Shown here piece by piece: positions 24,112 through 35,158 of a stretch of 44,720 nucleotides of DNA; the first letter of the stretch is position 1; every line of letters begins with the position of its first letter. The notes under the pieces were generated by a model. It was not told the origin of the DNA. It was given only the letters and a program-made list of their open reading frames with translations, and ran no database searches. This DNA is from Ancylonema sp. (lineage: Eukaryota): assembly GCA_050230475.1 (NCBI GenBank), contig JBFLGF010000039.1, positions 62,001 to 106,720 of the forward strand, in the 5' to 3' direction. Position numbers and translations under genes: made by a program.

Positions 24112-24919
24112 TAGTAGGCTCCAAACAGTTGCGCCAGCCAAATTTGAATTAATTAGTACGCGCCAAGAGTGTGCGCCAGGCAAATTTCAATTAATAAAAA
24201 TGATCCAAAAAATAGCTGCACCGGGTGTTTTCCTTATTAATTTAAATGATCCAATCCAACTTGCGCCGTTATATAGGGACATGCGGGAGCTTTCAACCCT
24301 TGGGTTCTGGGCTCCTCGACCCCAGCGACCTTCCAAACTGGGCCAAAGACCGCTTTCCGTACACGAGCCCGGGGTTCCGCATCTCGAAACCCGGGGGCGG
24401 AGCTATTCTTCGTTACAAGCACCTCTCGACATATAATTATTGAAATTTGATTCTCGATGGGAGAAGATCAGAATATTCGCTAAATTATATTGTTGCGCCA
24501 ACTTTTTGTCGATTTTAATTATTTATTTGCGCCACAAGGGTGCGCCAGCGTGGTCAAAATAATTAATTTAGTACGCGCCAAAAACGTGTGCGCCAGGCAA
24601 AATGGTAATTATTTTTTGGCGCGTTATCTCTGGCTGGTACGGTATGCTACTGCCACATGTATGTTCAATATATTTTGGAGCACCAGCATATGTTCTTCAG
24701 CGCTGAATGAGTTTTTTCCAGAGGGAAGGGGCAAGTCCGTATGCGGATGGCAGGGTGACACTATGGCTCGCTGTTTTTGCTGAACTATATCTTTTTTGAT
24801 GTCCACAATCAACTCGCAGATGTGCAGCGCGACTTTTTTTTTGGGTAGACTTGCCAGGAAGATATGATGCCGCTTCATCAGTGAATTCTTGATGATTGTT
24901 AGTTTGAGCACGTAATAAA

Positions 24920-27613
24920 ATGCCAACTGAGAAGTCAATCGCAAAATTTACCGGTGGCATTGTTCATGGCAGGAAACCCTATAGCTTCTCTTTTGTCATC
25001 GCCTTCTGCATGGTCTACGTTTTACTCATCCTCCCTACGATCAAGAAACATGTTGGCGAGAAAATAAAAATCTGCCACAGTATAGATTCAGATACGTTGA
25101 ATTTGTTCCAGCTGAGCTCAATTCAAGGCGGACTTTTGAACCGGTCCGAAGAGAAGGAGGCGCTGGAGAGACACGTTAATAATCGTTTCTACTTATATCG
25201 TCTAATAGGGAATAACATGCCCCCCCTCCAGTGTTTCGGCCAGCTGCTGAGAAACACGCGGTACACGCTGGATCACGAACCTCCTTTAGAAGATTGCAAA
25301 AAGCTTTGGGTGCTTAACAACATCGTTAACGCGACAGAACGAGCTTTGATCTTAGACCTTCTGCTTAGCCGTGGGTACACACTTGAGGTAAGATTCTATA
25401 TGTGTACCTCATTATGCTTGAACTCCACGACCTCAGTTCCTGAAGAAGTGGAACGTGTGAATCTAGGTTCAGTTCACATATTGGTATTTTAGGACAGAGT
25501 CCTCGTTACTGCTAGTCTACCTGGGTTTGAGGCAGAGTGACTTGTTTAGGAACGTTGGCGTCGGTTTTCACAGGGAGCAAGAAAATAAATCATGAATCGT
25601 ATTCCGAACAACTGTGCAGTGCAAGAGATTTCGCACACAAGACCATCATGCAACTCATGAGCTTCTGACATGTTCACAGAATACAGTTTAATGTACCAGT
25701 CGACTGTTCGGGTACTAACGTTATGACTTTGCTTTAAGCAGAGCAGGACATCCTTATCCGGAGGGTGAACTTCACCAAAATATATGAACTTCCTCGTGAA
25801 TCATGGACAAACGCTGTGACAGGTCAGCAAGAGATACTTCGCACGTCTGTTGCATGTCTAGACTGTTAGAATGCCAAAAGCAATAGCTTTGGCATTTTAA
25901 AGGCGCCAAAGGTGTCAATTGACAAAGCGTTCAACCCAGGTACTGAGCACACTTCACTATCGTCCTGGAAAAAGTGACACCATTGTCATTGAACATTGAT
26001 AGGGAGTCTCATGAGCATATAACGTCATGAAGTTGCGTCAGCAGACCAGGTTCCCATCCGCTTAGGTCCCTTCTGATCCGCGTTCTGTGGATTTATTTTG
26101 AGTGAGATTTTCAACTCACAACGTATTTCCATCAATACGTATGCCCATCCATTTTAGCACCTGCAGAAGATGCTGGACTTCAAATGTGTTGGATCATGTT
26201 CAGATAGCATTGTTACCGACAAGGTAGGCAATGCACTTGTCGCGGGGGCAGCTCAGAATGAAGCTCGGAACTTCATTATTCGTCATGGTCAGCTATCTGG
26301 TGCGAGATGGATTTTGGCATTTGATGGAAACCAGTTCTACACCACGGAGTCATGGAGGGCAATAACAGCAGCAGCAGTACGTTATGACGAGATGGGACTC
26401 AAATACTTCAAGGTAGGTCTAAACTGGAGTAGGTCTACTTTCATCCAGAGTGCTTAACATGCTCCATAGTAGCGACTGTGAGTTTCTTTCCTACTGAATT
26501 TATTTTCCAGCAAAATCTCTCGTAGTTTATGTCACCTCCGTTGCTATAATTTGCATGAGAGCCATAATCTTTGTGGCCACTTTTCTGATTCTGCTGCGGC
26601 TAATTTTTTTCGTGTCCTGTGATCCAGGTGCCTATGTTCCGTTTGTACAGCGAACAGAAGGCTGCATGGCTTCACCACGGATCTCAATTCCATTCAATTC
26701 GACGATATGCTCCGGTGCTGTGGGAGAGCCAGATTGCGTTTAGGAATGATTCGGATCAGCTTTACTCGGAAGGTACAAACTGGTTGTTCAAATACTGTTC
26801 AAATGTCTTTTTTTTTCCTGGACACGTGTTGATGTGGTAAGGATTTTTCTCTTGCACACATGTATGTATGCTTGAGAATGAGAGGAGGTATTTTATTTGC
26901 AAACGGCTCTCTGGAAGGGGGAAAGGAGCTGAATGAGGACAATCTGAGACAGGAGATAGCAGAAAGGTCGGCTGATTAACAAGCACATAATCGATACAGG
27001 ATTTCTAATGTGTGTCAAGATATGGAATGTGGAGAACGAATTAATCGAGTATCTGCATTCATGTGACCAAGGAAGTACAAGATCGCAATTGAAGAAAAAG
27101 TCTATCTAGCACGACCAAGTCACAAGGAGAGCGAAAAAGATGAACTCCACAAATTCAAGCGCAAAAAAAATGCTGAGAATATTTTTGTCCTATGACCATG
27201 ACAGTGGAAAACTGCAGAGTTGGCATGGTACGCGCCAACATTTTTTTGAGCTTTTTGTTGCAGGGATGATTTATGGGAAAGACAACAAACTGGATCTTCT
27301 GGATAGGTTGTGTGGGACAGGGGTCATGAAACCCCATGCCACATTACCAGTGGACACGGGAAAGTGTGGGTGCCATTCAGAGCTTGGAAGTGATCGGAAG
27401 CAGCGAGAAATCAATGAAAAGGTTGCGCTCAGTTGTGGCTACAGTATACGGTTGTGGTACCATCCTTGTGCAGGAGTTAATGGGACGCGAATCTTTCAGG
27501 ACAAGGTGTATAGAGCAAAATTGAGGGATAAGGGGTTGAGATCCTTGAGTGATAGTGTTGTTGCTGGAGTGAGTGAAGCGATAAGAAATCGTCGTAATAA
27601 TGTGAGGGATTAA
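24920..27613 (+). CDS. Uncharacterised type II membrane protein, putative GT-A-fold glycosyltransferase; exons 24920-25387, 25747-25822, 26252-26412, 26628-26772, 27264-27613; 399 aa
   Basis: Five exons join in one open frame at GT..AG sites (phases 0,1,0,1). Hydrophobic anchor YSFSFVIAFCMVYVLLILPTI near the N-terminus. Conserved-looking blocks: YRLIGNNMPP..GQLLRNTRYTLDHEP..KLWVLN, QNEARN..G..ARWILAFDGNQF, ESQIAFR, YGKDNKLDLLDRL. The gene model is well supported; the function is inferred. Confidence 0.75.
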
Positions 27614-28732
27614 GATGACTACGTGTGCCAACGAGTGTCCACAATGAAGTGCTCCGAAATGTGTATGGTGTCATCGTTGGATCTTTGGTGCTCTTATGAA
27701 ATGTATTCTTTCTATATTCGCCGACCATGCATATTATTTCATCTCACAGTGGGTGGTTGTTGCCCTAATTCAGTTCGATGTGTCACCTAACAGATTGAGT
27801 TGTTAAGTCATTCCATAGTAACCCACGGGGATGTGTGTGCACGCTTTTGTGCAATAGTAACGCATGAATTATGCGCTAGAGTTGCACAACTGTGAAGAAA
27901 ACCAAGCCAATAGCGGTGGTTTGCAAGTTACACCTCGTTCCTGAACGAACTGAAATAGTCCCTCCAATTTCTATTCTCTAGCACCCGAATCCGTGGTCGA
28001 AAACTCGTATCTCGGTTGAAACTCGGTTGAAAACTCGTGTCCCCGACTATGCCATATACTTCGCTAGTTGTAAGTGGCATAGTCGGCCCCGGACATGTCC
28101 GGGAATCTACAGACTATTCAATACTTGTCCGAGACAAGTGTTGTTATGAAAACAATTAAGCAAAACGCCAAGGCTAGTATTGTCGCCGGTGTATGTAAGC
28201 AAGATCCGTATGAATCAAATATTAGACAAGATTCATGTCATGGGATCCGCCACTTACCAGGATTTACAACCCTAATTATTATATCCCTACTTCTATCTCG
28301 AAAACTCTGACGCGGAAGTTGCACCCGTAATAAATGAAATTGTGGGTGGCATTCGAAACAACAAAGAAGTTCATACATAAACGAAGCTTAAATTGTTGGA
28401 ATGTGTGTAGCCATACTCCGCATTGTTTGATAGATTTAAAAATCGTGTCATACCTAGTTAGCACCTGTTCCAAAACATTCGAATTGAAAAAATAAAAAAC
28501 ACGGTTGTTTAGTATATGATGAGTGTGTTTTCGCCTCGACATGCTCAAGCAACCGGGTCAAGCAGCATTGCGATAATCCAAGTTCCTTGTCATTAATGCA
28601 TACATAATCCGATCCATAATTGTTATTTCTCCTCACCTAAAAGTTTATCATAACATGCACATAACGGAGAACCCTTCTTTTTTGAACTTATTGGCTCCGA
28701 GTTATCCATTCTCGCAACTTTCTCGTCCAATA

Positions 28733-28892
28733 CAGGAAAACCTGTCTTAATTGATACTGTCGGGACCGGAAAAAGTACTAATCAAGACAGGTTATTAATA
28801 ACCACGTAATTTTATGGGTGATAACCCGAAAATTTATGTTAGTTAGGACAGGTTATTAATTAGGACAGTATTGATTAGGACAGGTTTCACTG
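28733..28892. mobile_element. pogo/Tigger-like MITE, 160 bp, just 3' of PHAX
   Basis: TA|CAGGAAAACCTGTCTTAATTGATACTGTC ... GACAGTATTGATTAGGACAGGTTTCACTG|TA. Confidence 0.8.
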
Positions 28893-29082
28893 TATTCAGT
28901 GCTGGTCAAATGACACAAATTCAAGCGGTTGCATCTCCACGAAAAAGCTTGGTCATTGACATGTTTCGCCTCAAAAAAAGAGGAAGTGCTTCATTATACG
29001 ACTGCTATGTTCATCACATCCGACCAACCATAGTGCCTCCCAACAAATTTAGAAAAAATGAGGAAGGAGACACGCGAGATTT

Positions 29083-31553
29083 TCAGCTTGGGTCGTCGTC
29101 AGCCTCCACACCTTCTACAACACCTTCATATATCACTGGAAACCGCAGTCTCTCTGCTATACTGGATTTCTGCGGATACTGCCCTTCTACACCACCCCCC
29201 ACCCCTCTCTTCCCTTCCATTCCCTTCCCATCCATTGCCTCCCTTCCCCCACCCCCACCCCCACCCCCACCCTCACCCTCCCCAGCTTGTGTCTGCACCC
29301 CTTCCATACTGTCCTGTCCCAACTCACTCTCCGTCTTCTCAACCTCGTCAGAAGCAGCTGCAGCTTCGGGGGCGAGCCCAAGAGCCCAGGAGTGACGCCA
29401 TCCAGCCACCACTCCGGGTGTCAACTTCCTGTTCAGTGCCGCATCAAGCCCCTCGGATGCACCTCCGCCTACCCCCTCTGCTGACGTGGACACCCTTGAT
29501 TTCGTACCTTCAGAGTCTACGTTCAGGAGCTCATCTGCTCGCCCCTTGGGCGCTTTGAGCGCTAAGGGCGCTTTTGGCGCTTTGAGCGCTAAGGGCGCTT
29601 TTGGCAAGGCAGGAACAGGTGCATGACCGGGCGGGTGAGTGGATGGGGAGGCAGTACTTGCCTCTGCTCTGACGCTGTCTCCTCCCTGGGATACAGGTGG
29701 GAGAGGAGTAATTACGGACACCTGCTGCTGCACTTTTCTCTGCTTCTTCTTTCGCCTCTCCTTGTCCTTCTTCTTCTGAAAATCCAGTAGGAGACATTGG
29801 TAGGTGTTAATAATATCCAGTGGGAGACATTGTTAGGTGTTGGTAGAATCCTATGAATCGAACTTGGGTTTTTTCTAAAACGCAAGCACAAGCACACACA
29901 CACACACAAGGACACAAACCGATGGCGAGATATCAGGCATGGTAGCCTGCACCTATGGCAAAGCAGGACACTGCAGAGGACTGACTAACAACGATCTAGT
30001 CCAGATGGCATAAGCGAGAAACGCGACTCCACCGACCTGATTCGTTTTATCGAAATTCATTATCGCCTTATAGAGGTCGGGTGAAACTCTGGCTTTCACG
30101 ATGTTCCACAGGACACCCCCCGAAGATCGACGCCTCTTTCCATCAGAGGTCATTTGGCCACCACACGCCTCAATCGCATCCACCTGGTGTACGGAAACCT
30201 TGTTATTAGAAACTATGATGTATTTAGCATTTCGTTATAAGAAACATGTGTGAAAGAAGGAATGCATATGTGGTGTATAACCCTCCCACCGTAATCTTTG
30301 GGAGTCAGCTTTGATGGCGGACATGGCTCCGTACATGGATTTCTTCGATTGAAAAATCAAAATATCAACAAGGAAAATGTCAACCTACTTGTAGATAGTG
30401 TTCAGAAATGTGACTCTCCCCGAGCAAAGAAGAGGAAGAAGGTACACTACCAATAATAATCATCAATATCGAACAGATGAAAAGCAAGTAGCAAACAAAC
30501 CTTTTATTAAAAAAAGGTACTCACTTCCACCAGAAGTCCTCGGAAAGCTTCCAGCCCTAACTTATGGACCGCATTCCATATAAGACCCTTCTTAGGCTCC
30601 TCCAACTTTTCGCACGTGTCCTGGACGAATCTGAAGGAAAAAAGTCAACAACATTAGCCATGATATTCTCGCTCATACTTCACCCGTCTTCATGTATGTG
30701 ATCAGCCTCCATTTGCACATGAGAAATGACAAGTCTGGAACACGAGAAAGATGAGGGAAAACCTGAAAACACGTGGAAACAAGAGGAAATACGTGGAAAC
30801 AAGAGGAAATACGTGGAAACACGTGGAACGAGTGCAAAGTTCAACGTCTGGAATTCATTTGATTCCTCCACAAATGCTAACGTATCTGTTTATTCGTCAG
30901 GAGTAGAAGGAGACCTTGCGACATCGATGCCTCGTTGCCTCTTCCTCTTGCATCTGGTTGCTGTTGACTTCGGCTGCTGAGGGGCATGCATCATTTCAGG
31001 CGTCGCTGATATTTCTGTTGCCTCTTCACGGCCTGCAAATTCCAAAAAGTAGTCAGATTTGTTACAGTTTCCGAATCAAGTGATATCAAACATGATATAA
31101 GGGATCACCAAGGTGTCACATAAGGCCCTCCAAAAAAAAGTTCACGCAGTTCATTTATTGCTTGCTTATTGAATAATTTCCTTTACTACTGGGAGAATTG
31201 CGCAATATTGATGAAAATAATGAAAGGGTCAACGTCTGTATAGCTGTGTACACTGCCATGAAGGCTGATTCACTCCCAATCTCAGCCACAAATACATCTT
31301 CTCAAACGCTATCCTTTCCGTAGATGCGTGACCGCCGTAGGCCGAATGTGCTCATGCTTAAGTTCGCAACTTAAGGAGGGAGGGAGGAGGGTGGCTCACA
31401 GAATTCGCCATCATCAATTTCCATTGCTTCCCGTCCTTCCTCTGCACTATCGTCATCCGCATCATCCCCAAAATCATCTTCGACATCTTCTTCGAGAATG
31501 GCGTTGAGAACTGCGTCCTCCTGGTAAGGATCCTGTATCGTACTGAGCCCCAT
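29083..31553 (-). CDS. PHAX: PHAX (phosphorylated adapter RNA export protein) RNA-binding-domain protein; exons 31553-31400, 31032-30915, 30630-30525, 30183-30037, 29775-29083; 405 aa
   Basis: Acidic N-terminus and basic KRKRQR patch. RFVQDTCEKLEEPKKGLIWNAVHKLG...VDAIEACGGQMTSDGKRRRSSGGVLWNIVK matches the PHAX RNA-binding domain, and the C-terminal SIAERLRFPVIYE resembles the plant PHAX tail. All junctions are GT-AG with consistent phases. Confidence 0.88.
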
Positions 31554-31860
31554 CGTTGCGCAGAGCGCAACAACCTAGAATGTGTTTGAATCCCAATGAG
31601 ATGCTCGCAAGAGGAATAACGTCTAGACGGCTACATGCGTAAGTACCAGGAAATTACCAGCGCAAACTAAATAAGGAAAATCAATTCCAGTTTACTCGAC
31701 CTGCGCACCATTCCCAGCACTATATCGAGAACAGTTGGAGGGGCTCTGCCACCTCAGCCACCGCCCCCACCATGCCGTCCTCCCCAGTTTGAGCGGGAGA
31801 CTCACGCGATTCATGCAAGTCCTTCCGCCCCGCCCAAGAGCGCCTCCCGTCCCCCGAGAC

Positions 31861-31945
31861 TAGGGATGAGGCCCAGCCCAATCCCGTTTTGGGGATAGGG
31901 GGCGGGTCCAGCCCCGCTGCCCCGCCCCAACTCAAACCCCGATAA
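31861..31945. mobile_element. Left terminus of a hAT element related to family B
   Basis: TAGGGATGAGGCCCAGCCCCAATCCCGTTTTGGGG parallels family B AGGGATGGGGCGCAACCCCAATCCCTTTGGG. The partner end was not identified. Confidence 0.5.
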
Positions 31946-32494
31946 AAGAAACCGAAGGAACCGGGAGTTTATTTATGTTTCTTGTTTCTTGCTTTTTTTT
32001 TTAAGAGACATGCTTTTATAAATGCATTTTGTTTTTTTTTCGTTGATTTCTTTTCTGTTATATTTTTCTTATAATATCAATCAAATTTGGAGTGTTGAAG
32101 ATATCAACTTGAAAGCCAAAATTACCCCAAATATTTTTGGGGTAATTTTGTGAATTTTCATGGCAAGTTTTCATGGTTTTGTCACCGTGCTTTTATTGCA
32201 TTGTAGCGATTTTAAGCACATGATATTCATGCTAGGACATTGCGATTGCGATTAGACAAGTTTTGTCTTTCTTATCCACACCCGCTAGAGTCACTCTTGT
32301 CGTCGGAGTTTCGTGTTGTAGCTCAGTCACCCAAGAGTAATTGTAAAGTTTCCGCCATTTTCCGCGAATTGCGCGAGTTTACGGTAGTCTCCTACAGTGG
32401 AGTCTTGATTTAGTGACACACTCTACAGTGAAAATCTCGATATATGACATTTTTTTTGCCCTTTTTCTAATCATGTATGAAAACCTATTGTATA

Positions 32495-33125
32495 GAGGGA
32501 TGGGGCGCAACCCCACACCCCTTTGGGTTGCGTGTTGTTGGATTTTTGGCAACCCCACGCAACCCCACCCAACCCCACGCAACCCCAAGTAGCAACACGC
32601 AACCCCAAAAAGCAATACGCAACCCCGAAAAGCAACACGCAACCCCAAAAAGCAACACGCAACCCCAAAAAAGCACCAAAAAAAGGTTTTCACCCCCAAC
32701 TGATGCAATGCGAGTTTGGAAAAATATTTATAATACATGTTATGCGAATTGAGCGTTGTTAATAGTAACGCACTACACATGAGAAATATACAATCATTGG
32801 AAGGTAGTTCGATAGTATCACTGTAAACATAACTTGTATTTCTTTTGCATGTCGATTTTTTATGCCTTTGAAGTCAATGTTCGGCTTTGATTGAATATTT
32901 GGTTTTCTTTACTTGAAAGTGTCTTCATCCATAATGCACCGAACGTTTGTACATTTTCCAATTATCTTAATTCAAACCTTTTGAAGCGTTCAACTCGTGT
33001 TATTTGCTCCGCAACAACAATTCCCATTTCTTCACTATTTTGAAGGATTAAATAGCAATCGGTCGTTCGTTACATATAACCTTGTATTGTAAAGTTCACA
33101 TATAAATTCACAATGTTATCATGTC
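32495..33125. mobile_element. Left-end fragment of hAT family B
   Basis: Colinear and closely similar to 19137-19790, including the TIR, the GCAACCC array and about 450 bp of internal AT-rich sequence. Confidence 0.85.
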
Positions 33126-33574
33126 ACGATGGATGAGATCGTTAGCATATTACCCCGAATATCTGATAATCTCTCCCTCATATTATATCCCTTCCGCGCC
33201 GCGCCCAAGTGAGAGTTCCGCCTCGCTAAAACTTCCGCCCCGCTCATCGATTCAAAAAATGTTCAAGGTCCACAATAGATCACACCTTGGCATGCGGGCG
33301 AAATATATAATTTCCGAGCACATCATTCACATCCGCTTTCTTGTGGCTTTCTTCGTAAGCCACAAATACTACTTTCGCACAAATTTGTGCACTCGATTTG
33401 ACCCAAAATGCGAAAGTTTTGTTTGACCTTAACAAAGGGATACAAAGGGGCATGTCGAGGGGAAGACCCTACACCTGCACAAATATTTTGAAACTTAGCG
33501 TTTAAGTTGCAATCCAATGGCAATCATTTAAACATTAAGATTTATACTCATACCCGATTAAAATCATGATGCTG

Positions 33575-34775
33575 AAGGTCCGGAATTAATGTGGTTTTAA
33601 GACCTCAAGGTTTACGTTGTTTTGAATGGCAACACAAGGTCCGGATATAATCTAGGGTTTGTCGCGGTCCGGCCTGCCCCGACCTCGGAGCGGGTCCGTC
33701 TATTTAGGCTCAAATGCGGGAAAGGCGGTAGCAAGGGATTGTAGGCTTTGTTTTAGGTTTCAGTACCTCTTTTTTTTCGTGAAGGAAAATTTCCGGAAAA
33801 TATACTAATTTTTTTTATTAAAATGGCTTAGAATCTTAAATTTTCGAATTTCCCGCTACGTCCACTTTTCCCCGAAAAATGGCAACTAACATCAAAATCC
33901 TTTAGGACCGCGAGGTCCGTCCCCATCCCTACCTCGGATCTGGGTGGACCGCGGTATTAAATTTGGTTGGTGCTGGTTCGAGCCTCGAAATTCACACGAT
34001 CATGTCGACGAAATCGACTGGACATACGACATCGACCGGAGATGAAGTTGTGCTCGTTGGGGCACATCTAAATGTAGATATAAGTATGCCGCGGAGGTAG
34101 AAAGGTGCCGTAGAAATATATCCCGTGTTTAATTTACATTATTTTTCACTTAAATTTCTGTTTTGGTATGTCGGCAACGTCTAAATAAATACTCTAACGC
34201 GGACCAAATAATGATTATTCGGCATTGCCTATCACACGATGTAGCAACAATAGCGTTGCATTGGACGCAATCATGGTTTTGTCAAATTCTTGCGAAACTT
34301 AGAAGAGCATCAACCAAAAAATAGTTTCACAGTTGAATGGCTTTGCCTCTCTAACCAGAACTTCCATGCCAAGTTTGTATAAATATATCACTCACTATAT
34401 AAAACTCAATACACTCATTTTTGTCGCACACTCGCTTGCAGTGCTCAGTTGCACAAACCTGCCAGACTGGGTCCTTCGCTCCGCATCTCAGACCGGGGTC
34501 CACCCCTTTATTGCCAAAACCTCGGACCAGAGTTCATAGAATAGTATCTTCTTTCATTTTTGGAAATTGTAGTGTTATTTTTTGTGCATGAACATTTCCG
34601 GAACAATTATTTCGTGAATAATTGGGTCTTGTGCAAAAAACGTGATCCGAGTGCTATTCCCCGCCACTGCCCCGTTCAAAAATGCTCGGAAAGACAATAC
34701 CCCAAAAACCGCGACTATCGACCTCGGACCCGGCCGGACCGCAGTTCTAAGATCGGGTGGTGCCGGTTCGGGTTT
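33575..34775. repeat. Dispersed GGTCC/GGACC/ACCTCGGA motif clusters, probably a decayed transposon
   Basis: ACCTCGGA flanked by GGTCC/GGACC recurs near 33680, 33930, 34520 and 34720, and also at 11740-11815. Confidence 0.45.
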
Positions 34776-35158
34776 TTGTAGCTTGCAACGGTTACAAGTT
34801 TTCGATCAAGCGTTTCCTTGCCCGAAATACGAATGTATTGGCCATTGGAACCACACAGATTAATTATTGATTCATTTATTGTACTCACAACTTCTAATAC
34901 TCATGCATACCATGGAACTATAAAAACATGTCGGCCCAAAATATGAGGCTGAATTTACGTGTTTGCATAAAACACTATCAATTGTGATGACAATCATGTG
35001 TCCATAAACCTATCCCTAAAAAAATTTTGCAATGAATACGACTTCAACATGTCGTTTGCAATTCCCGCCACCACCTCCCTCTATATGAGTGCACCATCAC
35101 TATGCGATACAATATAACTCATAAATGCTTCGTTACAACCCCCACATGGGCTCGCATC

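Larger units (their letters stand above)
21643..24642. mobile_element. Tc1/mariner-superfamily (Tc2/pogo-like) MITE, copy 1, expanded by nested insertions
   Basis: TIRs CCGTACCAGCCAGAGATAATGCGCCA / TGGCGCGTTATCTCTGGCTGGTACGG, flanked by TA on both sides; many internal GCGCCA motifs. Confidence 0.9.

Noticed and set aside
33921..33931. CCCCATCCCTA as the right TIR for the hAT ends at 31861 or 32495
   Set aside because: No 8-bp TSD with either left end and no matching subterminal array; it sits inside a GGTCC..ACCTCGGA repeat unit.
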